A stretch of 64,000 bases of DNA from Spizellomyces punctatus DAOM BR117. Lineage: Eukaryota. Positions within the stretch are counted from its first letter, which is position 1; each line of letters opens with the position of its first letter. Made by a program: the position numbers and the translations under genes. Shown here piece after piece: positions 61,773-64,000 of this stretch. Where the stretch lies: NCBI GenBank assembly GCA_000182565.2, contig KQ257459.1. One strand, written 5' to 3'. The notes under the pieces were generated by a model. The model did no database searches. It was given only the letters and a program-made list of their open reading frames with translations, and was not told the DNA's origin.

Positions 61773-62961
61773 GGTACTATGACGTTAAGGCACGGGTAGT
61801 TGGGAGATGGATATGATCCCGCAGTAATCCACACCGTATTATCTGATGAGCACCTTTGAGAAATGCAATATGACTGTGCGCAACGTTAATCCAGAACAAA
61901 AATAATAAAGAAAAACCAAAAGGCCCACACTGGGCGGACGGTTTTGCCTCTCTTGAGCCGAATTCCCAAATGCAAGCGGCGCAATCCAGTAGTAATTCGC
62001 AAACAATACTGGGATGCCAATGTGTCTATTTTTATCGCTTTGAACTGATCCTCGTCGGTTCAAGGATGAGGGCAGCTAAGTATGCGCGGGAGCAAACATG
62101 TGGCTTTGGTTCAGTCGGTCATGACAGAGGACGATCCCAATTGCTGACCTCTGGGAAGACATGACCAGCGGAGTTGATTACGTAACGCCTGAGCCAGGGT
62201 TGGGAGTAAGGGGTTGGGTTAAAACTCCGAGCGATCAAACCTACGGCTGTGCTGCATGTGCCATGATCTGACTGTGTTTAAATAAGCACGAATGTGTGAG
62301 CTAATAACTGCCCACCTATGTGTTCGTTTGTTCCGTAACCATAGAGTTAGGTATGAAGACGCATGGACAAATGCTCTTCGTTTTGCGTGTGTCAAGAACC
62401 CAGTGTTCTAACGCTATCAACCATGGCAGCATTGAGAACGCTATTTCTTTGAAAAAGTTTCCCAAATGGACGTTGCCCTCTTAAGATCTGATAGATCATG
62501 AACACTAACGAGGAACAGAAAGCAAACAGACATGTGGACTTACGAGATACTCGTCAACGAACCTATTGGCTCGAATATGAACAAGGATGAGATTAGTACC
62601 TTATAAGACGACGAAACAAAAGCAGAACATGCTCTTCAATTGGGATGAACGTTCAAAGTTTAAAACTCTACGTTACGACCCAGTGTCATCTCAAACCCCC
62701 AACCATTCTTTGTTCCAACAGCAGGTTAAACTAATCAGAATTTCTTCCTTTATTGGATACACCCACATCCCAATTCAAAAGCACATATAAAAAAAAATCC
62801 AAACTTGATCTACGTAGATCCGTTATTTCATTCAAACAATTCCAAACCTATCACCAAGCTCATCCCCATTCATACAATTGTACACCGACCCACAAAGATT
62901 TGAAAAAAAAAAAAAAAAGAATAAACATAGGCTTGCTTGGACTTAGCCATCACACGACTGA

Positions 62962-64000
62962 TCACGCTAGTTCCACTCTCTCCAACAATTCTGTAACCTC
63001 TCCGGCCTCTTCTTCTTCTTCCTCCATGAGGGGAAGGTAACCCCTCTTTGGTGATCCATGCAAGAGTTCCCGAACACCGTCAACAAACGCTCCGCTTGTT
63101 CTTGGCTCCGCGATACTGGCTTCCAAATCAACATCGTTCGATACAATATCCGTTGATGAGAATATTTTAGGCGGTTTGTAGAACTTTAGGAGGAGAGATG
63201 AAACTACGACAGACACGGAAGAGAGGGACATGGCCATGCCCGCAATCATTGCTGGTAGAGTGATTCCCCAAGGGGAAAAGATACCCATTGCAAGGGGAAT
63301 CATGAGTATGTTACTACGAAGAGTCATAACGCGTTAGAATCTGAGATGAATGATATGAGAGATGTGAGCAAAAGACTTACTAAATAGTAGCCCACAAAAA
63401 GTTCATTCGAATCCTTCTAAATATCACTCTGCTCAAATCAATGGCCGTAACAACGTCTCCCAACTCGTCTCTCATCAACACGACACTTGCGGCTTCCACA
63501 GCAACGTCCGTGCCTCCATAGACAGCAATCCCCATATCCGCTTGAGCCAGACTTGCCGAATCGTTCACACCATCGCCTACCATCGCAACCACATGGCCAT
63601 CAGCTTGAAATTGCGAGACCAGAGACTTTTTACCCGACGGTGTTACGCCGGCATGGATGGAGGAGGTGGGTATGCCGCACTGGCGAGCGATGGAGAGTGC
63701 GGTGAGATATTGGTCGCCTGTTACCATACAAACTTGGATGCCCATTTTCTTCAAGGCTGCAATCGTAGGTGGGGCGGCCGGTTTAAGTGTGTCTGCCAGT
63801 GCAATCAGGCCGACTGGCATTTGGTTGAATGCAACAAAAATTACGGTATGCCCATGGGATTCATGAGTCCGCTGCGAGTCGAGAATACCTGGCGGTATTG
63901 CACTGCATTTGTTGGACGTGAGGAAGGATTGGTTTCCGATCAAGACGTGGACAGGTTTGCCGCTGGGTGGTGTGACGGTGCATTGGACGCCTGATCCCAT
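62962..64000 (-). CDS. CCC2: Copper-transporting P1B-type ATPase (Ccc2/ATP7), 3' part only
   Basis: MVTGD, MVGDGVND, ADMGIA, GTDVAVEAA, IDLSR...RIRMNFLWATIYN (spliced) and MAMSLSSVSVV (TM Cu(I)-binding YN and MxxSS motifs). Confidence 0.95.

Noticed and set aside
1-64000. tRNA, rRNA or spliceosomal snRNA genes; antisense ORFs overlapping the called genes
   Set aside because: No tRNA cloverleaf/T-loop or U1/U2/U5/U6 signatures were recognised by eye. The antisense ORFs are shadows of real coding strands.

Overview
Eukaryotic, gene-dense fungal DNA with many short (~55-110 nt) spliceosomal introns. A doublecortin-domain protein and an Akt-like PH-AGC kinase suggest a zoosporic fungus such as a chytrid (inference). 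About 21 protein-coding genes can be reconstructed. Recognisable ones are NUP98-NUP96, a BTB protein, PFS2/WDR33, a TraB-family protein, a GH18 chitinase, an acyltransferase-3, a 12-exon mitochondrial carrier, PER1/PGAP3, a stand-alone cytochrome b5, a HAL-family kinase, a RhoGAP, SIP5, an F-box/WD40 protein, an RA-RA-RA-PH-AGC kinase, a triple-DCX protein and the 3' end of a Cu P1B-ATPase; several orphans are also present. The main anomaly is a ~8 kb gene-free repeat island (38.3-46.2 kb). It is organised around a perfect 16-bp palindrome at a purine/pyrimidine strand switch. Several tandem-repeat families with minus-strand splice signals lie to its left, and a hairpin-rich 83-bp satellite with 166-bp dimer periodicity lies to its right. 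It is a candidate centromere and/or divergent non-coding RNA locus. Other notable items are an Akt-like kinase whose PH domain lacks the PIP3-binding residues but which carries three RA-like domains, an orphan with ~12 amphipathic helices at 49-aa spacing, and a possible gustatory-receptor-like membrane protein. All gene models were spliced by eye and no database searches were run.
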